In this document: positions 30,450-39,959 of the stretch, piece after piece
How positions within the stretch are numbered: position 1 is the first letter of the stretch
Layout: the number at the start of each line of letters is the position of its first letter
Notes under the pieces: generated by a model
What the model was told of the DNA's origin: nothing
Seen by the model: the letters and a program-made list of their open reading frames with translations, nothing else
Database searches by the model: none
Position numbers and translations under genes: made by a program
NCBI GenBank assembly: GCA_965217585.1
Contig: OZ244561.1
Coordinates: 1,760,001 to 1,824,000, forward strand
Length of the DNA: 64,000 nucleotides
DNA from: Candidatus Latescibacterota bacterium
GTDB taxonomy: Bacteria; Latescibacterota; UBA2968; UBA8231
Reading direction: 5' to 3'

Positions 30450-31448
30450 ATGGGAAACACTCCACCTGCCGAAGGCATCCGCGTCCCAGCCGCTGCCTTG
30501 CGCCAACTCACCGCCGACTTTTTCCAAAAAGCTGGCACTAATCCCACAGATGCCCAGCTCCTCGCCGACCTTTTGACTGCCACCGACCTGCGCGGCGTCA
30601 ATAGTCATGGTACCTGGCAGCTCCCCGGGTACGTGCATATGATGCTCGAAGGCCGCGTCAATCCCCGCCCTAATATAAAGGTGACCAGTTCAACCACCAC
30701 TGCCCGCGTCTATGACGGCGGTGGCGGCATGGGGCACTTTCCCTGCCACCAAGCCATGACTTGGGTAGCCGAGACGGCCGCGGCGTACGGCACGGCTGCG
30801 GCGACCACCCGCAACCACTTCCACTTTGGCAGCGCCGGCAAGTATTCGCGGATCGCCGCGGCGGCTGGCTGCGTGGGGATATCTATCTCCTCGCACCGCT
30901 ACGATCTGCCGTCGGAATCGCTAGTCAAAGGCGTCAACGCCACATCGCCGATCAGCATAGCCTTCCCCAACGGGGAGCAACCGCCCCTCGTACTCGACAT
31001 GGGCGCACACATGCTGCCCTGGGGCGAGGAACTCTTCGCGCAAATCCCCTTCGCCTTCTTCAAGGAGCTAGGCATCGGCGCGGTCAACCGGGCGCTGGGC
31101 GGCGTGCTGGCCGGGATATACTTGCCGCAATTTATCCCGCCGACATCGCCTTGGGAATCCAATCAAGGGGCCTTCCTCGCCGCCTTTGACGTGCGCGCTT
31201 TTATGCCTTTAGAAGAATTCCAAGCGCAGATGGACGCGTTCGTCGCCGCCGCGCGCAACATGCAGCCCTTTCCCGGCCTCGACCGCGCCGAGCTGCCCGG
31301 CAATCTGGAGTGGCAACGGGAGCACGAGTACACCCGCGACGGCGTTCCCATCGGCCCCCAACACCAGCAGAACCTTCAGGACCTAGCCGACGAACTGGGA
31401 GTAGCCACTCCCTTCGCCGCCTACGAACACACCCGCTTCACTGCCTAA
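30450..31448 (+). CDS. Ldh_2 family (type 2 malate/L-lactate) oxidoreductase
   Basis: DLRGVNSHG, DGGGGMGH, RNHFHFG, LVLDM. Confidence 0.88.
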   Translation: MGNTPPAEGIRVPAAALRQLTADFFQKAGTNPTDAQLLADLLTATDLRGVNSHGTWQLPGYVHMMLEGRVNPRPNIKVTSSTTTARVYDGGGGMGHFPCHQAMTWVAETAAAYGTAAATTRNHFHFGSAGKYSRIAAAAGCVGISISSHRYDLPSESLVKGVNATSPISIAFPNGEQPPLVLDMGAHMLPWGEELFAQIPFAFFKELGIGAVNRALGGVLAGIYLPQFIPPTSPWESNQGAFLAAFDVRAFMPLEEFQAQMDAFVAAARNMQPFPGLDRAELPGNLEWQREHEYTRDGVPIGPQHQQNLQDLADELGVATPFAAYEHTRFTA

Positions 31449-31465
31449 TAGAAGAAGAGGAAGAG

Positions 31466-32464
31466 ATGACTCAACCCCGCATCCTGTCCAGCGTCGAGAT
31501 CGAGTTCCAAGACCAAAGCAAAGCCCGCGAGCTTATTGAACGCGCCGGCTTCGCCGTTGAGGTCCGGCACCCCCAACCCGGCTGGCTCGACGAGGAAACG
31601 CGCGCGAAGCTGGACGGCTTCGACGCCCTGCTGGCCGGTGGCGAAAACCTCAACGCCAACACCATGGACCAAGCAGACAACCTCAAAATCATCGCCCGCA
31701 ACGGCGTCGGCTTCGACAAGGTTGACCTCGATTACTGCACCCAGCGCGGCATCGTCGTCACCAATACCCCCGGCGCCATGGCCGACGCAGTGGCCGACCT
31801 GACCTTCGCCCTGCTCCTCGGGATGGTGCGCTCACTCAGATTAGGCGACCACCGAGTCAAAGCGGCAGACACCTACGACGTTCCCGTCGGCGAAGACCTC
31901 TGCGCCATGACCTTAGGGCTAGTCGGCTGTGGCCGCATCGGTGCCGAGGTCGTGCACCGCGCCCGCGGCTTCAAGATGCGAGTTCTCGTCCACGACCCCT
32001 ATATCAACGACGCGCAAATCCGCGCCCTCGGTGCCGAGCCTGCCGACCGCGCCACCCTGCTGTCCCAAGCCGACGCCATTACCTTGCACCTGCCGCTGAC
32101 CGAAGAAAACCACCAACTCGTCAATGCCGAATTCCTCAGCCTTATGAAAGAGGGAGCTTACCTGATTAACACCGCTCGCGGCGGTTTAGTTGACGAAGCC
32201 GCCCTGATCGCGGCGCTCGACAGCGGCCATCTAGGCGGAGCGGGCCTCGACTGTCAAGCCACTGAGCCGCCGCAAGGCCAATCCCTCGAACTGGTCCGCC
32301 GCGACAAGGTGCTGGCCCTGCCCCACACCGGCTCCAGGACCCTAAGCGCCCGCAAGCGCATGGCCCTCGTCGCCGCGCAGAGCATCGTCGCGCTATTGCA
32401 GGGCAAAGTCCCCGATCACGTGGTCAACAAAGAAGTGCTGGATAGGTTGGATTTGGCGGGGTAG
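31466..32464 (+). CDS. D-2-hydroxyacid dehydrogenase (phosphoglycerate dehydrogenase-like)
   Basis: ARNGVGFDKVD, GLVGCGRIG, LINTARGGLVDE, PHTG. Confidence 0.92.
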   Translation: MTQPRILSSVEIEFQDQSKARELIERAGFAVEVRHPQPGWLDEETRAKLDGFDALLAGGENLNANTMDQADNLKIIARNGVGFDKVDLDYCTQRGIVVTNTPGAMADAVADLTFALLLGMVRSLRLGDHRVKAADTYDVPVGEDLCAMTLGLVGCGRIGAEVVHRARGFKMRVLVHDPYINDAQIRALGAEPADRATLLSQADAITLHLPLTEENHQLVNAEFLSLMKEGAYLINTARGGLVDEAALIAALDSGHLGGAGLDCQATEPPQGQSLELVRRDKVLALPHTGSRTLSARKRMALVAAQSIVALLQGKVPDHVVNKEVLDRLDLAG

Positions 32465-32506
32465 TGGGCAACGGCGAGGGCGAGATGATAGCGTCGAGTC
32501 GAAGTA

Positions 32507-33766
32507 TCACCCACCGGCCGCGTAAATCGTCAGCAGCAGTTCCGTATCGTCGAGCAACCTGTATTCCGGCTCCTTGCCGGACAGTCTTTCGCTATTGCTC
32601 AAGATAATAGGCACTCCCTCGCCGCGTTTGTCCATCAGGGTTCGGCGCTCTGTCGTCAGCCAAGGCGCATCGGGCACAGCACATTTGGCCAGCAAGCTGC
32701 AAACCGCCTCATTCCGCGCCGACTGACGAAATGCCAAGCTCTCGATGGTCATGGTATTCGGGAGCATCCCCGGCGAATACAGTTCCAGTCGATTCCCAAA
32801 CAGACGTAGCCTGATTTTGGAGCCGTATATCGAATAATCCCGGTGCGATACTGCATTAACGACCGCCTCGAACACCGCCGTCAGATCGAATTGCGGCACA
32901 TCTCGCCGTCCTTGGTCCTTGAAGGCCGCGGTCTTCATGTTTCGGGCAACGAACCGGCAGGCTTCCTCTACCTGGCTGTCGAGTGGGCCAACAATGTCGG
33001 CCGCGTCAAGCTGGTAACCGCCGGGCGCGTCCGACTGGATTCGGTCGCCACGGTAGGCAACGGCCTGGATGTAGGCATTGGGTAGCCAACGGCGAGGATC
33101 AGCCGAGGCCATCAACACACCGGCAACTGTCGGTCTGATCGTACCATCGTCATCCGCACTCGCAATGCCCAGCTTGTGGAGTAACACTTCGCGGTCATCG
33201 TCTGAGCGCGGCGTGCGAAATCGCTCCCAGAAATCTGGCGATAAATCATCCAGCCCGGCCATTGATACGGGTTGTTCGTCGAAACGAATAAGGCACGTCT
33301 GGCTGCGTTGCTGAAACAGTCGGGCGAGGTACTCGGACGACATCGGCCGCTTTGCATTCGCCGTGCGGTGTAGAAATCCGCCGGGGCTTCTATGCACGAA
33401 TAGACTACGCGGAACCTCCACCTTGACAACAGCCAACTCCTCCCCAGTGCTTGTGGGCAACCACAGTCGATCGAGGACAACGCTCTCAATAGGCGGGTCA
33501 ATAGAGTCTATGCACACCTCCCGGACGAAATCCACCACCGCATCAAGGCGGTCCATGGGGATGCCGACGACCTCGTGGGTCTGGTCCTCAACCCCAAGGA
33601 CGAACACTCCCCCGCGGCTGTTTGCAAAAGCGGCAAGCCCATCGGCGAGCGAATTCCGGTTAGGACCTCTGACCTTTCCACCAGCAAAACGCACTTCCTT
33701 GAATTCGAGGAATGTGCTTTCACCCAGCCGAATTTTGTCGAGGAGTTCTTGCGGATTATCAAACAT
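32507..33766 (-). CDS. AlbA_2 (Schlafen-like) domain plus HATPase_c_4 protein
   Basis: GESTFLEFKE, AAFANSRGGVFVLGVED; EAVVNAVSHRDY, SPG, RNE, DKRGEG. Confidence 0.88.
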   Translation of the reverse strand: MFDNPQELLDKIRLGESTFLEFKEVRFAGGKVRGPNRNSLADGLAAFANSRGGVFVLGVEDQTHEVVGIPMDRLDAVVDFVREVCIDSIDPPIESVVLDRLWLPTSTGEELAVVKVEVPRSLFVHRSPGGFLHRTANAKRPMSSEYLARLFQQRSQTCLIRFDEQPVSMAGLDDLSPDFWERFRTPRSDDDREVLLHKLGIASADDDGTIRPTVAGVLMASADPRRWLPNAYIQAVAYRGDRIQSDAPGGYQLDAADIVGPLDSQVEEACRFVARNMKTAAFKDQGRRDVPQFDLTAVFEAVVNAVSHRDYSIYGSKIRLRLFGNRLELYSPGMLPNTMTIESLAFRQSARNEAVCSLLAKCAVPDAPWLTTERRTLMDKRGEGVPIILSNSERLSGKEPEYRLLDDTELLLTIYAAGG

Positions 33767-33777
33767 GACTTGTGCCG

Positions 33778-34513
33778 CTAGCGATAGAGCCTCTGATAAG
33801 TCCACTCAGATCGAAACCCCTGTTGTTTTGCAATTGACATCAGGGGCTTCAACGTTCTGCGATAGGCAAATTTTAATTTATCACGATCCAGCAAATCCTC
33901 AGGCTGATCAATGTACAGATCCGTAGTATAAGACTCTACTTTCTTTTTCCACTTGTCGTTGCTAGACCTATCCCGGACTATGGACAGAGCAGTACGCTGG
34001 GTTTCAGCTAAGCGATCAATGTATCTTTCAGCGGGAAGCTGATCACTCTTGGAGCTATTTGCACCGGGATCGACAGGAATCAGATTCCACAACTGATTAT
34101 GAGTAACAAAACGCCACGGCAAGAAATGATCTAATTCATAATCGCCACAGATCTTTCTGTCTGTGTATATGCATCGGATCTCTCCTTGATCAATTACAGA
34201 GTTCCAGAATTTCCGCTGTTCATTAAGAGATTCTCTCTGATCGGGAGGAAACAATTTTCGCGTCACAGCAGGGATATTAGGATTACGTCGCTGCATATAA
34301 TCGGCCCAGTGCCACAGTTGGATACCAAGCGGTAACCAGCATCTCAATCTCCAGATCTTTCAACAGAATACCTTTATCAATATCGAAATTTCTTTCCTTT
34401 ATCAAAGTCAAAAGTGAGAGGAAAAATAGATACTTATAAGAATTTGTCGTATGCCTGAACAATCCACTCAGGGCTGAGATATCAAGTCGATCTGAATCGG
34501 GTAAATAGGGCAT
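33778..34513 (-). pseudogene. HNH endonuclease gene with frameshift and probable internal deletion
   Basis: N-part (TTNSYKYLFFLSLL...AWYP) and C-part (WADYMQRRNPNIP...CIY...LDHFLPW...LWNLIP...NSSKSD) lie in different frames joined at about 34318; AT-rich. Confidence 0.75.
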
Positions 34514-34592
34514 GAGACTGGTTTAGCTATTTTTTTATGTATGGACCATTGCGATAGGTACAGTACGCGATGCACCGCTCTGGTCAATGCCC

Positions 34593-35366
34593 CTAAGAAT
34601 CCAACCCCATCCCCGGCGGCATAAAAAACTCATACTGCTCCGGCGTGCCGTAGCCATCCATCTCCGTCAGCCGCACCCCCGTGCTGTTGAGCGCCGCCTC
34701 GACGATCCGCTTGTTGAAGGCGCTGACATTCTCATCAGCCAGATACTCGGCCACCGGCATCCACAGACACTCGGCGATCTCGTCCTCCTGGATGCGGATC
34801 TCCGTGCTCAGTGGGCGCAGGCGGCAGACGAAGTAAATATCCGACTTGCCGAAGCGGTAGCCGTGCCAGTGGCGAAAGCAGACTAGTGCGTCGAACTCAG
34901 CCTCGACTCCGGTTTCTTCGGCGACTTCGCGCACCACAGCTTCGGCCAAGTGCTCGCCCGCGTGCAGCGCGCCGCCGGGCAGCTTGTAGCGCGGTGGGCC
35001 AGACGCGCGCCGATGGTATTTTTCACTAACCACCAACAGTTCCCGCGCCTCGTTGAGCACCACTCCACCCGCGCCGATATAGTGCGAGGCGTGGGCCGGC
35101 ACATAAGCGCCTTCTTCCAGTTGCAAGGTCATCATTAGATAGCCGTCGCCGCTGTGGTGGAATACAAACCCAGCTTCCACCGCTACCGGGACCAACACCG
35201 CCTTGGCAATCGAGACCTCCAGCCACACGACCCGGTAGCCTTCGTCCTTCCAAGCCGCCAGCGAAACGCGCAGCCGCTCGGCAAACGCCGCCGAATCTGA
35301 GTCGAGAGCCTCTGGTTTGGGAATGATGCCGCCGAATGGATTAGTCGTTGCCGCAATAGGTTCCAT
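34593..35366 (-). CDS. Nudix hydrolase (NUDT6-like, with N-terminal pre-Nudix domain)
   Basis: GFVFHH; Nudix box LPGGALHAGEHLAEAVVREVAEETGV; FGKSDIYF. Confidence 0.92.
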   Translation of the reverse strand: MEPIAATTNPFGGIIPKPEALDSDSAAFAERLRVSLAAWKDEGYRVVWLEVSIAKAVLVPVAVEAGFVFHHSGDGYLMMTLQLEEGAYVPAHASHYIGAGGVVLNEARELLVVSEKYHRRASGPPRYKLPGGALHAGEHLAEAVVREVAEETGVEAEFDALVCFRHWHGYRFGKSDIYFVCRLRPLSTEIRIQEDEIAECLWMPVAEYLADENVSAFNKRIVEAALNSTGVRLTEMDGYGTPEQYEFFMPPGMGLDS

Positions 35367-35391
35367 ATCCCGCCTCCCTCAATGGCCGCTA

Positions 35392-35459
35392 GTGATAGCA
35401 AACCCCGCCTAGCATGTCAACCCGCCAGCTTGGCCCGCTGCCAAGCCGTACCCTATACT
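35392..35459. promoter_or_regulatory. Putative divergent sigma70 promoters
   Basis: Minus: TTGACA, 17 bp ending TGc, TATCAC (35420-35392). Plus: TTGGCC, 18 bp, TATACT (35430-35459). Confidence 0.35.
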
Positions 35460-35491
35460 ATCGCCCGACACAAAAATATGAGGACTTGCCC

Positions 35492-37330
35492 ATGCAACGC
35501 GCACTGCACAGAAAGCTCATCGGCCTCAAGGCCCAGCGCCAACTCCTCGCCTTCCTCGGCGAGCACCTGCCCCACTTCACGCCCCCCACTTCGGCCGCAG
35601 CTTGGCGCAATCAAGCCCCGGCCCTGCGCGCCCAAGTCCTCGACCTGTTCTTCCGCGGCCATCCCGCCGGCCTCCTCGCGGAAGAGCCGCAAGTCCACTG
35701 GGGCGACCACATCGAGACGGGTGCTGGCTACACCATCCGCAAGCTGCGCTACGAGGGCTACCCCGGCCTCTGGGTCCCGGCCCTGCTCTACGAGCCTGAC
35801 CAGCTTGGGGAAAAGGCCCCGGCCGTCCTCAACCCCAACGGCCACCACGCTGGCGGCAAGGCCATGGACTACAAACAGGCCCGCTGCATCAACCTCGCCA
35901 AGCGCGGGATGCTGGCGCTCAACACCGAATTTCTTGGGATGGGCGAACTGCGCGCCGACGTCGACCACAATCGCATCGGCCACCTCGACCTGTGCGGCAT
36001 CGCCGGCATCGGCGTGTTCTATCTCTTGATGAAACGCGGCCTCGACGTGCTGCTCGCCCACCCCAAGGCCGATCCCGAGCGCATCGGGATGACCGGCCTG
36101 TCGGGCGGCGGCTGGCAGACGGCTCTGCTGACGGCCCTCGACGAGCGGGTCAAAGTCATCGTCCCGGTCGCCGGTCATTCGGCCGTCTGGCAGCGCCGGG
36201 GCTGCATCGAGGACATTGGCGACCAAGAGCAATGCCCGGCTGACCTCTGCATGGTCGCCGACTACGACGCGCTCTCCGCGCTCTTTGCGCCGCGGCCGAC
36301 CTTGCTCATCTACAACCGCCACGACGACTGCTGCTTCCAGACGCGGCGGGCGCGCAAATCCATCTACGAACCCATCCGGCCCGTCTTCGCGCTCCTCGGT
36401 GCCCGCGACAACATCGCCCTCCACGACAACACCGACCCCGGCACCCACAACTACGAGCGCGACAACCGCCGCCAGCTCTACAAATTTCTCAACCGACATT
36501 GGGGATTGGAAACACCAGACGACGACCTGCCCTATCGCGACGAATTGCACACCGAAGAAACCCTCGCCGTCGGCCTGCCCTCCGACAACGCCACCCTGCT
36601 CTCCATCGCGCAGGCAGCTCTTTGCAAGCTCCGGGAGCGCAAAAGAAAAGCGCGCGATCCGGCCGCCGCGCGCCAAGCACTCGCCTCATTACTCAAGCTG
36701 CCGCAGTGGAAGAATAGGTCCCTACAAGAAGTCGGCACCGCGCAAAAGCGCAAAGACGGCACCATCCAACACTACCTACTGCACCTCGACGATACCTGGA
36801 CCCTGCCGCTGACCGAATACACGCCACCGCGCCCCCGAGGCATTGAACTGGTCATCGCCGATGGCGGGCGCGGTGCGCTCGCTGGCCCACTGGCCACCGC
36901 CCTCGCGCAAGGCCGCCGGGTGCTCGTCGCCGACATCTTCGCTACCGGCGAGCTCCACACCGGTCCGCGCCACCAAATGCTGGTCGCCACCGCTGGCCAG
37001 CGTCCGCTCGGCATCCAGGTCGGCCAAGTGCTCGCACTGCTGGCGACAGCAAGTCAAAAGAGCCGGACGCTACACCTAACGGCCCACGGCCGCGTCTGCC
37101 CGGTCGTCGCGCTGATCGCCGCCGCGCTAAAACCCCAAGCCATCGCCTCGCTAACAACCAACACCCTGCTCGACTCTCTTGGCCGCCTCATCGACTGGCC
37201 GCTGTCCTACGACGCCGCCCCATCTCTTTACTGCTTTGGCCTATTGGCCGAATTCGACATCCCCGATCTGATCGCGCTCTCAGCGCCCGTGCCGCTCGCC
37301 GACCCCAATCGCGGGCCGCTGCGCCGCTGA
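35492..37330 (+). CDS. Two-domain alpha/beta hydrolase (acetylxylan esterase-like)
   Basis: VLNPNGHH, RIGMTGLSGGG nucleophile elbow, APRP...DDCCF, GTHNY. Confidence 0.8.
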   Translation: MQRALHRKLIGLKAQRQLLAFLGEHLPHFTPPTSAAAWRNQAPALRAQVLDLFFRGHPAGLLAEEPQVHWGDHIETGAGYTIRKLRYEGYPGLWVPALLYEPDQLGEKAPAVLNPNGHHAGGKAMDYKQARCINLAKRGMLALNTEFLGMGELRADVDHNRIGHLDLCGIAGIGVFYLLMKRGLDVLLAHPKADPERIGMTGLSGGGWQTALLTALDERVKVIVPVAGHSAVWQRRGCIEDIGDQEQCPADLCMVADYDALSALFAPRPTLLIYNRHDDCCFQTRRARKSIYEPIRPVFALLGARDNIALHDNTDPGTHNYERDNRRQLYKFLNRHWGLETPDDDLPYRDELHTEETLAVGLPSDNATLLSIAQAALCKLRERKRKARDPAAARQALASLLKLPQWKNRSLQEVGTAQKRKDGTIQHYLLHLDDTWTLPLTEYTPPRPRGIELVIADGGRGALAGPLATALAQGRRVLVADIFATGELHTGPRHQMLVATAGQRPLGIQVGQVLALLATASQKSRTLHLTAHGRVCPVVALIAAALKPQAIASLTTNTLLDSLGRLIDWPLSYDAAPSLYCFGLLAEFDIPDLIALSAPVPLADPNRGPLRR

Positions 37331-37343
37331 GGGCACCGCTACC

Positions 37344-37388
37344 GTCCGCTGCCGTGGCGATATGTTCGACGATTGTCATGGGCTGTCG
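37344..37388 (-). pseudogene. 45-bp relic of a Uma2 gene start
   Basis: Encodes MTIVEHIATAAD; 40/45 nt identical to 39783-39827. Confidence 0.7.
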
Positions 37389-37392
37389 CTCC

Positions 37393-38469
37393 CTAGCCAT
37401 ATTTTTCCCGGAGGCACCGCGCCGCCTCCACCTCGTTTTTGAGCTTGCTATAAACCTCGTCGATATCGACTTTCGCCGCCGATCCGGGGGCGAAACCGCA
37501 GTCCGGGTTGAGCACCACCCGCTCGGGCGCTAAGTACTCCAACGCCTGTTCCACCCGCCCGATGATCGTCTCCGGCTCGTCAACCTCGCCCGGATGCACC
37601 CCCACACAACCCAAGCCGATCTCCAAATCTTCGCGCAGCGCCTTAAACACCTCCGCATCCCCTGCGCCCGGACTGGTAAATTCCATAGTCAGATGGTGTA
37701 CCTTCAGGCGATTGAGATGGGCGATGATCGGGCCATAGCCGCCGGTGTGACATGCCTCGCCCCGGACCCGGGCACCCGCGCGGCGGCACAAATGCACGGC
37801 CAAGCGCACCCCTGTGGCTCCCTCCACCACCGCATTGGTCATCGCCACCGCAAAGTCGGCCTCGGCCTCGGGGTCGTCATATCCGGCTCGCACCTCGTCA
37901 TCGACGAGCAGGCATAGATGCGGATCGTCGATCTGCACGATATCGGCACCGGCCTCACACAATAGCGCCAACTCGCGGCGCAGAATCGGCACACAAGCCT
38001 CGACGAATCCATTGCGGGTCGGATAGGCTCCGCGCGATTGTTCCGCATCCCACATCCGCTCGCCCAATAGCGCCGGCGCCGGCAAGGTGGCCTTGATTTT
38101 GCGCGAGCTAACCTGCTTGAGAAATTCTATTTCCCGCGCGATAAACCCCTCGTCTTTCGGCACCAACTCGCCCGTGACGATGGTCCACGGCCTGCCGTCC
38201 GTATTCCGGCCCAACTCGAAGCCATGCGCCAATTCGGCGATTACGCCGATATACGAGGCGCGCCGCCATTCACCATCGGTGATCACGTCCAACCCCGCCT
38301 CCTCCTGCAACGCCACCGCATAGGCCACCGCCGCGTCCATCACCTGCCCCAGCCGTTCAGCGTCCATTGGCCGCTCACCCATCACCGCCTCGCGCACGAA
38401 ATCCGGTCGCGGCAGCGAGCCGACCACCGCCGCCGGAAAGAGCGTCCCGTAGTGTTGACGTGTCGACAT
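37393..38469 (-). CDS. Cobalamin-independent methionine synthase II family (MetE C-terminal-like) protein
   Basis: VVGSLPRP, ITDGEWRR, QIDDP, VHLCR, MEF, NPDCGF. Confidence 0.88.
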   Translation of the reverse strand: MSTRQHYGTLFPAAVVGSLPRPDFVREAVMGERPMDAERLGQVMDAAVAYAVALQEEAGLDVITDGEWRRASYIGVIAELAHGFELGRNTDGRPWTIVTGELVPKDEGFIAREIEFLKQVSSRKIKATLPAPALLGERMWDAEQSRGAYPTRNGFVEACVPILRRELALLCEAGADIVQIDDPHLCLLVDDEVRAGYDDPEAEADFAVAMTNAVVEGATGVRLAVHLCRRAGARVRGEACHTGGYGPIIAHLNRLKVHHLTMEFTSPGAGDAEVFKALREDLEIGLGCVGVHPGEVDEPETIIGRVEQALEYLAPERVVLNPDCGFAPGSAAKVDIDEVYSKLKNEVEAARCLREKYG

Positions 38470-38470
38470 A

Positions 38471-39235
38471 TTAGCCGCCGTATTCGTCTGACCAACGCGC
38501 ATTGGCCAGCGCGAAGTCCTCTTCAGTGTCAATTTCCATATACTCGCCATCGGTGGGCACCATGTGCAAGGCCAATCCTGCGTCCAACATTTCTTGGAAG
38601 AGATGAATCAGATAAGCCTTTTCGAATGGCGTGCCGTCCTTCCAAGTCTGCCCGGCGTACTCCGCCTTCATCCGCCGATAATGCGCCCGCAAAGACCGCG
38701 CGCCCGCCACACTGAACCGCGCCACGCCGATATACTCGCCGCTGGCCGCTGGCGCAGGAATGGCGCGGTTGACCTCCACGACCCGATCGCCCTCGGCCAC
38801 GATCTTTTCGGCATCGTCTTCTGGGTGCTGGCTGCGATCTGCATAGCGCGTACGCCAGTCCGTATCAACGCAGAGCGCGATATCGCCCTCGTGCTCCAGC
38901 GCTCGACGCACGACCGTGGGACGGTAGAGAATATCGGCATAGGAACAGACAAAACCATCGGCCATATACTCCTCGGCGCAAAAGAGCGAGGCCAAGATAT
39001 TGTTGTGCTGCCAGTCGACGTTATGGCAATAAGTGAGATGCGGGTAGTCGGCCTCGATCTGCTCGATGCGATAGCCGCCGACAAAGACCGGCGTCTCTAA
39101 CCCGGCCGCGGCCAGCGCCTCGAGCATCCAGTCGAGGATCCGCCGCCCGCCGATGGGCACATAGCATTTAGGCTGTCCGTCGGTCAGGGCGTTGAGCCGG
39201 CGGCCGCGGCCGGCGCCGATGATGATGGGGCGCAC
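38471..39235 (-). CDS. Nucleotidyltransferase (LicC/phosphocholine cytidylyltransferase-like)
   Basis: IIIGAGRGRRL...PKC, NNILASL, YADI, GEYIG, EIDT; GTG start with GAGGAG RBS. Confidence 0.85.
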   Translation of the reverse strand: MRPIIIGAGRGRRLNALTDGQPKCYVPIGGRRILDWMLEALAAAGLETPVFVGGYRIEQIEADYPHLTYCHNVDWQHNNILASLFCAEEYMADGFVCSYADILYRPTVVRRALEHEGDIALCVDTDWRTRYADRSQHPEDDAEKIVAEGDRVVEVNRAIPAPAASGEYIGVARFSVAGARSLRAHYRRMKAEYAGQTWKDGTPFEKAYLIHLFQEMLDAGLALHMVPTDGEYMEIDTEEDFALANARWSDEYGG

Positions 39236-39266
39236 TGGCTCTCCTCTCGTTTTGACGCTAACTGCA

Positions 39267-39818
39267 CTAGGCGAACAACGCCGCGACCGACATCTCCCAC
39301 CCCGGCACCACCTCCCCGCCCTCCAGCACATCACCTTCTCGTAATACATCCACAGCGCCCGAAGTTCGATGCACCGCCACCGTCCGCTGCTGCGGCTCAA
39401 CGACGACCACCATCTGCGTCCCTGCCGCCAGCCAATCGGCTACCTTTTCCGCGACCTCCCCATAGCGGTCCCCCGGCGAGACCACCTCCACCACCAAATC
39501 GGGTGCTCCCGGCCAATAGCCCGCTACCGCGCCGACTGCATCCAGCCGCGCTTGGCACACGAAAGCCGCATCCGGTGCCCGCACCGTATCCGGGCTCGAC
39601 GCCAGCCGGAACCCTGTTTCCGCCGCATAGACCGAACCCAGTCGGTTGGCCAGCACGTGCTGTACTAGCGATGCCGTCACTAACGCGGCGATTTTTCCGT
39701 GTTCATTGCCCGCCGGCACCATCTTACGCACCTCCCCGCATACTAATTCGTAGCGAAAACCATCGTCCGGCAGTCGTTCCAAGTCCGCCGCCGTGGCAAT
39801 ATGCTCGACAATTGTCAT
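39267..39818 (-). CDS. Uma2 (DUF820) family endonuclease
   Basis: RYELVCGE, AETGF, RAPDAAFV, PDLVVEVVSP, K..WL..G. Confidence 0.92.
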   Translation of the reverse strand: MTIVEHIATAADLERLPDDGFRYELVCGEVRKMVPAGNEHGKIAALVTASLVQHVLANRLGSVYAAETGFRLASSPDTVRAPDAAFVCQARLDAVGAVAGYWPGAPDLVVEVVSPGDRYGEVAEKVADWLAAGTQMVVVVEPQQRTVAVHRTSGAVDVLREGDVLEGGEVVPGWEMSVAALFA

Positions 39819-39959
39819 GGGCTATCGTCCTCGACCCCTTCAGCTTCAGATACGAAATATTATACGGAATATACCTGCCGCCTTTTACCGCCACAACCTC
39901 AAGTGGAGAGCATTGCCCTAGCACCTTATATTGAGTTATTACATATAGAAAGGATGGAT

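Noticed and set aside
24524-36676. Long alternative ORFs 24524..25558, 29232..30326 and 35453..36676
   Set aside because: Each is antisense to a better-supported gene and has no family motifs.
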